The notes beneath the pieces were generated by a model. That model worked only from the letters and a program-made list of their open reading frames with translations. It was not told the DNA's origin and did no database searches. A DNA stretch of 64,000 bases from an uncultured Prevotellaceae bacterium (GTDB taxonomy: Bacteria > Bacteroidota > Bacteroidia > Bacteroidales > Bacteroidaceae), in assembly GCA_902801375.1 (NCBI GenBank), contig CADCIB010000012.1:303-64302 (forward strand), read 5' to 3'. Shown piece after piece: positions 53,101 through 61,795 of the stretch. Position 1 is the stretch's first letter; the number at the start of each line of letters is the position of its first letter. Position numbers and translations under genes: made by a program.

Positions 53101-54417
53101 TTACTCCTTTGACTTTTTCTTTCCAAACTCAGGGTCGATCTTGATGAGGGCCGTGACGATGAAAGTAACGGCACAGAAGAGCATCACGATGATGAAGAAC
53201 CAACGGTAGCCCACCCATTCCTGCAGCGCGCCGGCAAAGAGACCCGGTATCATCATCGACAGGGCCATCAGTGCTGTGCAGAGGGCATAATGGCTGGTCT
53301 TGTAGGCTCCCTGGCTATAATAAATAAGGTAGAGCATGTAAGCCGTAAAGCCAAAGCCATAGCCGAACTGCTCGAAGAACACACACACATTCACTACGCC
53401 CAGGCTCTCAGGCAATGCGTAACTCATGTAGACATAGACGATGTCGGGCAGTGTGATGGCGCACACCATGGGCCACAGCCAGCGTTTCAGACCGTCGCGC
53501 CCAGCTGCCATACCACCCAGGATGCCGCCCAGAGTCAGTCCTACGATACCCACCGTGCCTTGCACCAGGCCGTACTCCTGGGGGGAGAGTCCCAGACCAC
53601 CGGCTCCGTGACTGTCAATCAGGAAGAGTGCCGACACTTTGGCCAGCAAGCCCTCGGGCATGCGATAGAGAAGCATGAAGAGCAGGGCGATGACCGTTTC
53701 CCTCAAGGGGAACTTGCTAAAGAACGTCTTGACAACATCGAGAAGTTCCTTTGTAAGGTTGGAGGGGTGGGGGGTGAGAGAAATGGTGTCAGTGGTGAAA
53801 GGAGAGGGTGTTGTCTCCACGCGGGGCATAGCGTAGCTGTGCCACAGCCAAAGGGCGATGAAGATACCCGCCACACCGTAGAACATCAGGCTCCAAGAAT
53901 AGGGTATACTATAGCGGAAGAGCACCTGAAGGTTGCCCGCCAATGCCACCAGCAGCCCTTGGCCGAAGATGGTGGCAATGCGATAGAACGTGCTCCTTAT
54001 TCCCACAAACCATGCCTGGTCGTGTTCGTCGAGCCCCAGCATATAGAATCCGTCGGCGGCAATGTCGTGCGTGGCGCTGGCGAAGGCCATCAGCCAGAAG
54101 AAGCACAGTGTGCCTTGTAGCCAGAACGATGTGGGAATGGTGAAGGCCACACCGCCTAAAGCCGCACCAATGAGCAGCTGCATCGTGATCACCCACCACC
54201 GCTTGGTACGGATAATGTCCACAAACGGACTCCACAACGGCTTGATGACCCATGGCAGATAGAGCCATGAAGTGTAGAATGTGATCTCGGCATTGCTCAG
54301 TCCTAATTGCTTGTACAACACCAACGACACCGTCATCACTGCCACGTAGGGCAGTCCTTCGGCAAAATACAATGTGGGCACCCATGCCCAGGGAGATGTC
54401 TTTTTGTTATTCATCAT
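53101..54417 (-). CDS. ampG: AmpG-family muropeptide MFS permease
   Basis: 438 aa and polytopic. The N-terminus PWAWVPTLYFAEGLPYVAVMTVSLVLYKQLGLSNAEITFYTSWLYLPWVIKPLWSPFVD matches the AmpG/MFS pattern. It lies next to a SpoIID-domain gene. Confidence 0.7.
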   Translation of the reverse strand: MMNNKKTSPWAWVPTLYFAEGLPYVAVMTVSLVLYKQLGLSNAEITFYTSWLYLPWVIKPLWSPFVDIIRTKRWWVITMQLLIGAALGGVAFTIPTSFWLQGTLCFFWLMAFASATHDIAADGFYMLGLDEHDQAWFVGIRSTFYRIATIFGQGLLVALAGNLQVLFRYSIPYSWSLMFYGVAGIFIALWLWHSYAMPRVETTPSPFTTDTISLTPHPSNLTKELLDVVKTFFSKFPLRETVIALLFMLLYRMPEGLLAKVSALFLIDSHGAGGLGLSPQEYGLVQGTVGIVGLTLGGILGGMAAGRDGLKRWLWPMVCAITLPDIVYVYMSYALPESLGVVNVCVFFEQFGYGFGFTAYMLYLIYYSQGAYKTSHYALCTALMALSMMIPGLFAGALQEWVGYRWFFIIVMLFCAVTFIVTALIKIDPEFGKKKSKE

Positions 54418-54451
54418 TTTAAATCTTTACTATATTCTCCTCGAAAAAACA

Positions 54452-54493
54452 CTTCTCTCTCCTCACTCCTCTTTCCTCTTTCCTCTCTCCTCT
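54452..54493. repeat. 42-nt polypyrimidine (CT) tract, 41/42 pyrimidines
   Basis: cttctctctcctcactcctctttcctctttcctctctcctct lies in the 80-nt gap between the SpoIID-fusion gene and the ampG-like gene. It is purine-rich on the coding strand. Confidence 0.8.
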
Positions 54494-54497
54494 AAAC

Positions 54498-57400
54498 TCA
54501 ATACGCTTTACTGATTTCTATGCCGAGGTAATAGTGGCGGAGTATATCGTCGTAGCGATAGCCGCGCTCACCCATGACGGCAGCCCCTATCTGGCAGAGG
54601 CCCACGCCGTGGCCCCATCCGTGTCCGTGAAGCACAAACCGCTGAGGTATACCTGTCACGAAGTCGAATGAACTGACCTCGAAGTTACTGCTCTTCAGGT
54701 GGGTGTCGCTCAGCGTACGCCGTATTTCCAGTTCCTTGCCAATGATGAACTGCCGTTCCGTGCCCACGATCTTCAACCGGCTGATTCGTCCGCTCTTGCC
54801 GCGCTCCAAGGGTTCCAAGGAAACGATCTGTCCGAACGTCATCTTCAGTCGGCTTTCTATCAGTTCGAGCAGCTGCTGTTGCGTATATTCCACCGTCCAC
54901 TCGAAGAAGTCGGGCGTCTCCTGGTCGTAGTCGTTCAACACCTGCCGCAGGATATGCTCATCGTGTGTGTTGCAGAAGGCCTCACTATTCTCGTCGGCTG
55001 CATCGCGCACAGAGGTGAGATACGGTTTATGCTCATCTTCCCAGCAATACTCAAACTCTTCCGTCTGCCCGCCGCAGCATTTGCTGAACCGCGCATCGCA
55101 GATTTTACCCTCGTAGGTGAGTATCTGCCCGCGGGTGGCCTCCACGGCCTCTGCCACATGGGGGTTGCTGGCTTTCGTGATGCCCTGATAGCGCTGGCAA
55201 TGGTCGTCGGCACATACATCGAAGATGGTGTGGTCCTCACGGTCGTACCAACGCACGATCTCGTTCTCTTTTTTCACGAACGAGAAGAAACCGTTGTCGC
55301 CGCCTGCCTCTTTTCGCTCACTGCGTTTCTTCATCTGAGCCAACAGCCACGAACGCGAGATGACGGCATGGGCCTTGAGCAGCTCTAATGACGAGGTGGC
55401 ACTCATCTCGCTCGAGATGACGCTGGCCAGGTATTGTTCTACGGGCAACTCATTGATGGCACATATCTTGTCTTCTTCCACCACGAGATGGAGCATGCCC
55501 TGGAAGGTCTGTGTCTCTTTTCTTTCCCAATGGAAGTTCACGCCGATGGTGACGTCCTCCAACGAGAACGACGCATCGCCCGACAGGGGCACCATCTTCA
55601 GCTCGCGATAGAGACTGCCGTTCCAGCTGATGCCTCCTTCAAAGAAGAACACCTCCTGCTCGCCCTCTATCACTTCGCCCTTGGCGGAGTAGGGACCGTT
55701 TAGCGTGAAGCGTATGCGTTGGGCACTGACGATGCCCACCTTCACGGTCGGCTCTTGCGAGAAGAGCGTCTCTGCCGATGCACTGGCACCTTCCGACGGC
55801 TTCGACAGACGGGCCACCACACGCTGCACTTCTTCCTCTTCCAGACTCACCTCTTTCAGGATGCCGACGACGGCTTCTGCTTGGAGCTTTAGGAAATCGG
55901 TTTCTTGCGGAGTGATCACCAGTCCGGCCATATCGAGCGCGCCCGGACTGACCATGCAGTCGGGATAGCAGGCCGGACGGTGCTTCTTGCGAAGGAATAC
56001 CACGAACACCGTTTCTTCGGCTGTCTTCCACCCCACGATGTTCATCATGGGCTCAGGTGTGGCAGCAGGCAGCGCCTTGTAGATGCGTCGGAAAAGGCGT
56101 GTGAAACTACGCTCCGTAGCACAGCGCACCACCAAGGCGGGTGCAGGCCACTCGTCGAGTAGCATGATCTGCTCGTTTGCCGTCGTCTGGCAGACAGGCT
56201 TCAGGCGGTTCTTGAGCGAAGGCCATTGCTGCAGCAAAGGCAATGCACAGCCCTCTCCAGCTTGGAAATGCAAGTGATCGGGAGCACTGGCACCACACAT
56301 CGGACCATTGTAGAACACGGTCAGGTGGGGGTATCGCTCCAACAATTGCCACATCGTACCTATATGCTCGGCTATGCGCTGTGGCTCATGCTGTGTCGAG
56401 GGTATGGTGAAATGTATGGGCAGGATGGGGAACGGATTCAGCAGCAGCTCAAAGCCATGCCCCTTTTGCTCTTCCCCGCCCTTCTGAGAGGAGGGGGTGG
56501 GGCATGCCATTTGCACCTCCGGCCGATTCTTCTCACAGAGGAAACACGGCCGCTCGTCAAGGGTCTGCTTGTCAATCTTCGCACCTGTCGACACCATTCT
56601 TGCCGGATTGAACTGCAGCCGCAGGCTGATGCCATCGGCCTCCAACTCGCGCGTCTGCACCTTGTTCAAGTCCTGATAGCGTTGGCGCGCCTCGTCCCAG
56701 ACGGAGAGCTGTCGCTCCACGAAACGGTCGGTGGCCCGCATCTTTGCTCCCTCGTCCTTCATCCGTTGTCGCGCCAGTATCTCCATCGTGCGCAGCCGGT
56801 CTTTATATAGGTTGTTGGCATTCACACGTTCCACACTCAGCGCTGCATCGCTGTTGCCCGTCCATCGGCGGCACAGGTACAGCTCTGTATAGATTCGTCC
56901 GATGCGATAGTTACGGCTGAAGGCCAAGCCCATGGCATAGTCCTCGCCATAGCTCGTGTTGGGCAGTTGCATGTCGCGCAGCAGTGGAGTGAAGAAGGCA
57001 CGTGGCGCCCCAAGGCCGTTGATGCGCAGCGCATTGTTCGGACCGTTCTCGTCGGTCCATTCTGCATGGTTGATAAGTCCTGGCGGCAGCGTGTTGAGGT
57101 CGAAGTCGCACATGCGGTAGCTTCCCACCACCATGGCCGCCTTCTGCTCGTAGAAGGCATCCACCATCTGCTGCAGCGTATGGGGCGAGGAGTAGAGGTC
57201 GTCGCTGTCGAGCTGAACGGCAAACCGTCCGCACCGCTTGTCGTTCACCGCCTCATTCCAGCACCCGCCTATGCCCAGATCCCTGCGCTCAGGGGTAATC
57301 ACAATAAGTTGTGGGTCATGAGAGCTTAGGGTTGATACATTTCTCGCTCCCCGCTCCTTGCTCCCCGCTCCTCGAAAACACTCCTTCAGAATCTCCGATG

Positions 57401-58247
57401 TGCCGTCGGTGGAGTGGTTGTCCACCACAATCACGTTGTAAGGGAAGGTCGTCTGCTGCGAGAGCGCACTCTCCACGGCATCGCGGATGGTCTTCGCGCG
57501 GTTGAACACAGGAATCACCACTGAGGCCTCTACGGCGAATGGCTGTTCCTCAAAGTCAGGAACCTCGCGTTTCGTCGTGTCCACCCAGGCACCAATCTCT
57601 TTCAGGTGGGCCGTGACGGCACGTTCCATCTCTACCTGCACTTCGCGGTTGGCAGGGTTCACATAGTCGAACTGCTTTTCGCCGCTGGTGCGCAGGTCTA
57701 TCTTTTCTTCCGTATAGAGCAGTTCGTTCAGGTGGAACAGTTCGCCCCTGCGGCTCAGGAAGAGCCACAAGTCATAGAAGCCGGCATATTGATAGTCGGC
57801 CGAGGGCACAAACTCCTTGAGCAAGGCGGTGCGCACCAGCACCACGCTGCCAAAGTCGAAGTCGTTTCTCACACTTCCTATCTGCCAGTCTATCACGGGG
57901 TGCTTCTCCTTCGCTGGCTGCGAACCGCTTGCCTCGTCGCTTTCCTGAGGTGGGGTGGGGCAGGCCCAGTAGTCGCCATACACCATGGCCGCGCCACTCA
58001 TGTCGGCAGCCATCACCATGCGCCTGAGCGCACCTTCTCCCATCGTCACCTTCACGGGTTTCACCCACAGCAGCACGTAGTCGGCCACGGCCTGCTGGGC
58101 AATCTCGCGGATGTTGGCGGTCGATGTCATCTCCCCCGCCATCGGATTCATGCTCCTCACGCACAGCTCTGGAATTGCGAGCCACGCCCATTCACTTTCC
58201 AGTGTGGTCATCACCGCAGGGAAGAAGCAATCTATTCTGTTTCTCAT
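54498..58247 (-). CDS. Triple-domain fusion: GT2 glycosyltransferase + DUF4922 (HIT/GalT-like nucleotidyltransferase fold) + SpoIID/LytB
   Basis: GT2: VVIPVFNRAKTIRDAVESALSQQTTFPYNVIVVDNHSTDGT ... QLDSDD. DUF4922-like: ERPCFLC ... NPFPILPIHFTIPS ... GASAPDHLHFQAG. SpoIID: EQYLASVISSEM ... HCQRYQG ... ARFSKCCGGQTE ... GHGVGLCQIGA. Confidence 0.8.
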   Translation of the reverse strand: MRNRIDCFFPAVMTTLESEWAWLAIPELCVRSMNPMAGEMTSTANIREIAQQAVADYVLLWVKPVKVTMGEGALRRMVMAADMSGAAMVYGDYWACPTPPQESDEASGSQPAKEKHPVIDWQIGSVRNDFDFGSVVLVRTALLKEFVPSADYQYAGFYDLWLFLSRRGELFHLNELLYTEEKIDLRTSGEKQFDYVNPANREVQVEMERAVTAHLKEIGAWVDTTKREVPDFEEQPFAVEASVVIPVFNRAKTIRDAVESALSQQTTFPYNVIVVDNHSTDGTSEILKECFRGAGSKERGARNVSTLSSHDPQLIVITPERRDLGIGGCWNEAVNDKRCGRFAVQLDSDDLYSSPHTLQQMVDAFYEQKAAMVVGSYRMCDFDLNTLPPGLINHAEWTDENGPNNALRINGLGAPRAFFTPLLRDMQLPNTSYGEDYAMGLAFSRNYRIGRIYTELYLCRRWTGNSDAALSVERVNANNLYKDRLRTMEILARQRMKDEGAKMRATDRFVERQLSVWDEARQRYQDLNKVQTRELEADGISLRLQFNPARMVSTGAKIDKQTLDERPCFLCEKNRPEVQMACPTPSSQKGGEEQKGHGFELLLNPFPILPIHFTIPSTQHEPQRIAEHIGTMWQLLERYPHLTVFYNGPMCGASAPDHLHFQAGEGCALPLLQQWPSLKNRLKPVCQTTANEQIMLLDEWPAPALVVRCATERSFTRLFRRIYKALPAATPEPMMNIVGWKTAEETVFVVFLRKKHRPACYPDCMVSPGALDMAGLVITPQETDFLKLQAEAVVGILKEVSLEEEEVQRVVARLSKPSEGASASAETLFSQEPTVKVGIVSAQRIRFTLNGPYSAKGEVIEGEQEVFFFEGGISWNGSLYRELKMVPLSGDASFSLEDVTIGVNFHWERKETQTFQGMLHLVVEEDKICAINELPVEQYLASVISSEMSATSSLELLKAHAVISRSWLLAQMKKRSERKEAGGDNGFFSFVKKENEIVRWYDREDHTIFDVCADDHCQRYQGITKASNPHVAEAVEATRGQILTYEGKICDARFSKCCGGQTEEFEYCWEDEHKPYLTSVRDAADENSEAFCNTHDEHILRQVLNDYDQETPDFFEWTVEYTQQQLLELIESRLKMTFGQIVSLEPLERGKSGRISRLKIVGTERQFIIGKELEIRRTLSDTHLKSSNFEVSSFDFVTGIPQRFVLHGHGWGHGVGLCQIGAAVMGERGYRYDDILRHYYLGIEISKAY

Positions 58248-58273
58248 ATCTTTTCTTTTTCTTTATGCGAGTG

Positions 58274-58281
58274 CAAAGATA
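58274..58281 (-). promoter_or_regulatory. -7 promoter box (TAtcTTTG on minus strand)
   Basis: CAAAGATA lies 27 nt upstream of the start at 58247. Confidence 0.5.
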
Positions 58282-58437
58282 CAGAAAAAAAACGATAAAC
58301 ACAGCAAAAAACACACAATATTTTTAGGATTATGCATTATTTGCACTCGCCCCTGCCGAAAAAGTGAGCGAATGCGAAACTTGAATAATAATTATTAAAG
58401 TAATGTGGAAAATGCGGAGAGTCTTTCCCGTTTTTCT

Positions 58438-58445
58438 TAAATTTG
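58438..58445 (+). promoter_or_regulatory. -7 promoter box TAaaTTTG
   Basis: 30 nt upstream of ATG 58475. Confidence 0.5.
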
Positions 58446-58474
58446 CAATCCAAAAAAACAAAACCACGGAGAAT

Positions 58475-59224
58475 ATGAGAAAGAGCGTATTGTGTCTGGT
58501 AGTGGCGATGGCCAGTCTGTTGGCTGCCTGTGGCGGCAAACCCTCCTCTGGCGAGAAGCCCGACGGCAATGTGGGTACGAGTACGAAGATCGAGGGCGAC
58601 TCCACACGCTATGGATTGGCCTGCGAGGGGTGCACCGACTCCGTGCTGGTGTTCCTGCCAGGCACCGGCGGCAATCCCGTCACCTACAACATTGTCGAAG
58701 CCTTCATGCATCGCCGCGTCATCGGACGTCCGAAGACGGGCGACTGGGTGGCCGTCGTCCTCAATGGCGAAGACAGCCTGAAGGCCGACATGGTCATCAA
58801 CCTCGACGAGCTGAAGGGACAGTGGGTGCAATGGGTGGCGCCCACCCTGCGTAAGAATCCCATGACCGAAGGGCTGGAAGAGGCCGTGCAGGAAGAGATG
58901 GACTCCCTCCTGCGCGAACGCCTGAAACCCGTGGAGATCGGCTTCGCCCTGAAGCGCCACTACGCGGCTCAGCCCATCGGACTGCTCCACGCCCTGACCA
59001 GCAGCGACGACGACCCTGTGGAGTTCCCCGTTCCCAAACGGTATATGGAGTGGCATGTATTCAACGGCCGCCTCGTCCTGAAAATACGCCCCACGAAGGA
59101 AGACTCCCTCCACCACCGCCTCGAGGTTTGCGACACGGCAGACTTCCTTCTCCTCACCCGCGACTCCCTCCGCCTGCGTTTCAAGGACGGCGAGAAAGGC
59201 TATTCAAGGAAAAACGGTCAGTAA
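58475..59224 (+). CDS. Hypothetical lipoprotein (249 aa)
   Basis: ORF 58403..59224. ATG 58475 gives the lipobox MRKSVLCLVVAMASLLAAC. No recognised domain. Confidence 0.65.
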   Translation: MRKSVLCLVVAMASLLAACGGKPSSGEKPDGNVGTSTKIEGDSTRYGLACEGCTDSVLVFLPGTGGNPVTYNIVEAFMHRRVIGRPKTGDWVAVVLNGEDSLKADMVINLDELKGQWVQWVAPTLRKNPMTEGLEEAVQEEMDSLLRERLKPVEIGFALKRHYAAQPIGLLHALTSSDDDPVEFPVPKRYMEWHVFNGRLVLKIRPTKEDSLHHRLEVCDTADFLLLTRDSLRLRFKDGEKGYSRKNGQ

Positions 59225-59266
59225 GACCAAACTCTTTACAACCCCATTCAGAAGACTCAAAAACAC

Positions 59267-60118
59267 ATGGAAATGACACAGAAGTGGTTCCGATCCTTTT
59301 GCATCGTGGCAGGCCTCGTCGCACTCACCGCTTGCCGCAAACAGTCAGCACAGCCCGTCGCCGACAGCGACCAGCGCGTGGAATCGTTCGTGACGACAAC
59401 CGACGGCAAAGCCAGCCCGGCAAAAGACACCAAGGTCGTGAAACCCTTGGAACAGCCCGCCAGCATCAAGGGCGTCTCTGAGCAGATCCTGAAGCGCACA
59501 GGCTACACCGTGAGCTACAACCGCCAAACGAAGCTCCCCAACTGGGTGGCGTGGCGCCTCACCGCAGCCCATAGCGAGGGACGCGTCCAGCGCGAGAACT
59601 ACATGTTCCATGAAGACCTGCAGGTGAAAGAGCCGAGGGCCACCGATGGCGACTACTACAACTCTCGCTACGACCGCGGCCATATGTGTCCCGCGGGCGA
59701 CAACAAATGGAACGAGCAGGCCATGGAGGAGACCTTCCTCTTCACCAATATCTGTCCGCAGAACCATGCCCTGAACAAAGACGGGTGGAACGACCTCGAG
59801 ATTGCCTGCCGCCGCTGGGCGCGGAAATACGGCGAGGTCTACATCGTGTGCGGACCCATCCTCGGCGAGGAGCCTTACCAGACCATCGGCCGCAACAAGG
59901 TGGTGGTGCCCGAGGCCTTCTTCAAGGTCATTCTTGCCATGAAGCCCGAACCCAAGGCCATCGCCTTCGTCTACCAGAACCACGGGCACAACAATCCCAA
60001 GATGTTCAAGAACGCCACCACCGTCGATGAGGTGGAACGGCTCACGGGCATCAACTTCTTCCCCCAGCTCGACGATGTGACTGAGGACCAAGTGGAAGCG
60101 GATCGCGGGTATTTCTAA
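59267..60118 (+). CDS. DNA/RNA non-specific endonuclease (DRGH beta-beta-alpha-Me family) lipoprotein
   Basis: YDRGHMCPAGD ... FLFTNICPQNHALNKDGWNDLE is the Serratia-nuclease-type active site. Lipobox LVALTAC. Confidence 0.85.
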   Translation: MEMTQKWFRSFCIVAGLVALTACRKQSAQPVADSDQRVESFVTTTDGKASPAKDTKVVKPLEQPASIKGVSEQILKRTGYTVSYNRQTKLPNWVAWRLTAAHSEGRVQRENYMFHEDLQVKEPRATDGDYYNSRYDRGHMCPAGDNKWNEQAMEETFLFTNICPQNHALNKDGWNDLEIACRRWARKYGEVYIVCGPILGEEPYQTIGRNKVVVPEAFFKVILAMKPEPKAIAFVYQNHGHNNPKMFKNATTVDEVERLTGINFFPQLDDVTEDQVEADRGYF

Positions 60119-60259
60119 CTTTTTTATCGTCTTCGATTGGCCGTAGATTGCTTTCGCATCTTTTGCTATGGTGCTACCAGCACCTCGATTTAGGGGATGC
60201 GAAGCCCCATAACTAAAAAAGGGCTCGCCATTCTTTGAACATTTTAAAATAACTATTCA

Positions 60260-61069
60260 ATGAAACAATTATTTTTTACACTATTCACTCTTCTGTCTAT
60301 TTCTGCATCTGCTCAGAACACCCAGAATCAAGAAGCATTAGACACTCTGTCACAAGAGCAAAAAGAAATAGCCATATCGCTTGCAGAACAATTTATTCTT
60401 CATACTGTTGACTCTATAATGGAAGAAGGTATGTATATGCAAGCTCTTGATGCATTAGATTCTATTCAAACTAACTGGAAAAAAATAACAGGAAAGGGAC
60501 CTTTTCCTCTGTTGTATATGAAGAAGGGACATATTTATATGTGCTTGGAAGAATGGCAGCAACTAATAGATACAACAAATGAATGCATCAAATACAATAA
60601 GGAAACAATGTCTGATAGAAGTGCTGCAATTTTATATAACATGCAAGGTATTGGCTATAGAAATCTTGAAGATTACAAAAATGCTATTCGCTCTTTTGAA
60701 TTCGCAGTTAGTTACTATTCAAAAGTTGGAGATTGTGGAAGCCAGGGAGATATGCTATGTGGTATTGCCTATAGTTATTACAAAATGGGAAAACCTTCTG
60801 CCGCATCTTCTTTCTATGAAAAGGGCTTCATTAAGTTTTTACAATACTTCAACATAACAAAAAAACAACTTTTACAAAGTAATTTAAAAGTAGATGATTC
60901 ATCCAAAGAATCTTTAATGGGGTTATTTGGTTCACACTTATATGATATGGCTATATATAAACAAGACAATGGTGACCGCTTAGCTTCAAAAGATTACCTT
61001 TTAATGTCAGCACATTGTGGAAATAGTTTGGCTAGAAGTGAATATCAAAGATTATATGGACGCTACTAA
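60260..61069 (+). CDS. TPR/Sel1-like repeat protein, secreted; low-G+C gene
   Basis: Signal peptide MKQLFFTLFTLLSISASAQ. TPR-like pairs: AILYNMQGIGYRNLEDYKNAIRSFEFAVSYYSKVGD and MLCGIAYSYYKMGKPSAASSFYEKG. The gene is strikingly AT-rich relative to its flanks. Confidence 0.65.
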   Translation: MKQLFFTLFTLLSISASAQNTQNQEALDTLSQEQKEIAISLAEQFILHTVDSIMEEGMYMQALDALDSIQTNWKKITGKGPFPLLYMKKGHIYMCLEEWQQLIDTTNECIKYNKETMSDRSAAILYNMQGIGYRNLEDYKNAIRSFEFAVSYYSKVGDCGSQGDMLCGIAYSYYKMGKPSAASSFYEKGFIKFLQYFNITKKQLLQSNLKVDDSSKESLMGLFGSHLYDMAIYKQDNGDRLASKDYLLMSAHCGNSLARSEYQRLYGRY

Positions 61070-61149
61070 ATTTTTTCATTCAACATCTTTCCATGATTGA
61101 CCACTGAAAAAGCAAATCTGCTGGGTTTAGGGTAAGATACCAAACAAAA

Positions 61150-61177
61150 AACGGCTGACCTTCACAGGCCAGCCGTT
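61150..61177. terminator. Bidirectional hairpin terminator
   Basis: AACGGCTGACC (61150-60) pairs with GGCCAGCCGTT (61167-77): an 11-bp stem with 1 mismatch and a 6-nt loop. A-runs flank both sides. It lies between convergent genes. Confidence 0.6.
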
Positions 61178-61210
61178 TCAAAAAACACACACATGAACAA
61201 AGAAAACATG

Positions 61211-61687
61211 TTAGCTAAATACCATTTTCCATCCCTTGATGCAAGACTGGCGGTAGTCCTGCATGTCGCAGCCGTTCTCTACGGCGGCCATTGCCAGGAC
61301 GATGTCTTTCCATAGTCCCATCGCCATCGGATTCCAAGGCGGGGGCAGCGGGCTGTCCGCATCGCGCAGGCCTGCCAGCAGGCGCACCTTGCGGATGTAG
61401 GCCTCTGTGTTGTTCTCTGTCGGCGGTGCCCATCGCGAGATGAGCTGCCGCAGGGTTCTCACGCCGCGCTTGCTGAAATAGGTGCGCAGGATGCAGAAGG
61501 CAGCCCGGAAGCCGTAGTCCATGCTCTTGAACTCGCAGAAGGCCTTGTCGGTCGCGAAGTCGCGCAGCCCTCTCCATTGTACGCCCCTGCGAATGTTCAG
61601 CGGGTTGTTGTTGCGGATGCCTCGCGGCACACGGGGGCTATGCCCCGTGCAGCTCGCGATTTTTCTCGATGATCTCATCGTCGTCAC
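61211..61687 (-). CDS. Mobile-element protein with GIRNNNPLNIR motif
   Basis: 158 aa. From memory, the NNNPxNIR motif and surrounding sequence recall a family often labelled structural protein P5 or virion protein in Bacteroidales prophages. Confidence 0.5.
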   Translation of the reverse strand: MTTMRSSRKIASCTGHSPRVPRGIRNNNPLNIRRGVQWRGLRDFATDKAFCEFKSMDYGFRAAFCILRTYFSKRGVRTLRQLISRWAPPTENNTEAYIRKVRLLAGLRDADSPLPPPWNPMAMGLWKDIVLAMAAVENGCDMQDYRQSCIKGWKMVFS

Positions 61688-61784
61688 CTCCTTTCTCGTT
61701 TTTCAGGTTATTCACTACTTTTACCAGCATCTCCACCACCATCATGATAATCTGGAGAATGATTTCAATTTTCGCTTTACTCAT
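61638..61784 (-). CDS. Small overlapping ORF (48 aa)
   Basis: My own translation: MSKAKIEIILQIIMMVVEMLVKVVNNLKNEKGGDDDEIIEKNRELHGA. It starts 12 nt after the upstream gene's stop and overlaps the next gene by about 50 nt, which is phage-like packing. The N-terminus is hydrophobic. Confidence 0.3.
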   Translation of the reverse strand: MSKAKIEIILQIIMMVVEMLVKVVNNLKNEKGGDDDEIIEKNRELHGA

Positions 61785-61795
61785 ATTCCATCAGG

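Noticed and set aside
57346-57372. 13-nt motif GCTCCCCGCTCCT repeated with a 14-nt period inside the GT2 domain. It encodes the low-complexity insert RGAGSKERGARN.
   Set aside because: There are only two copies and the frame is intact. This is probably an old duplication tolerated in a surface loop, with no evidence of variability.
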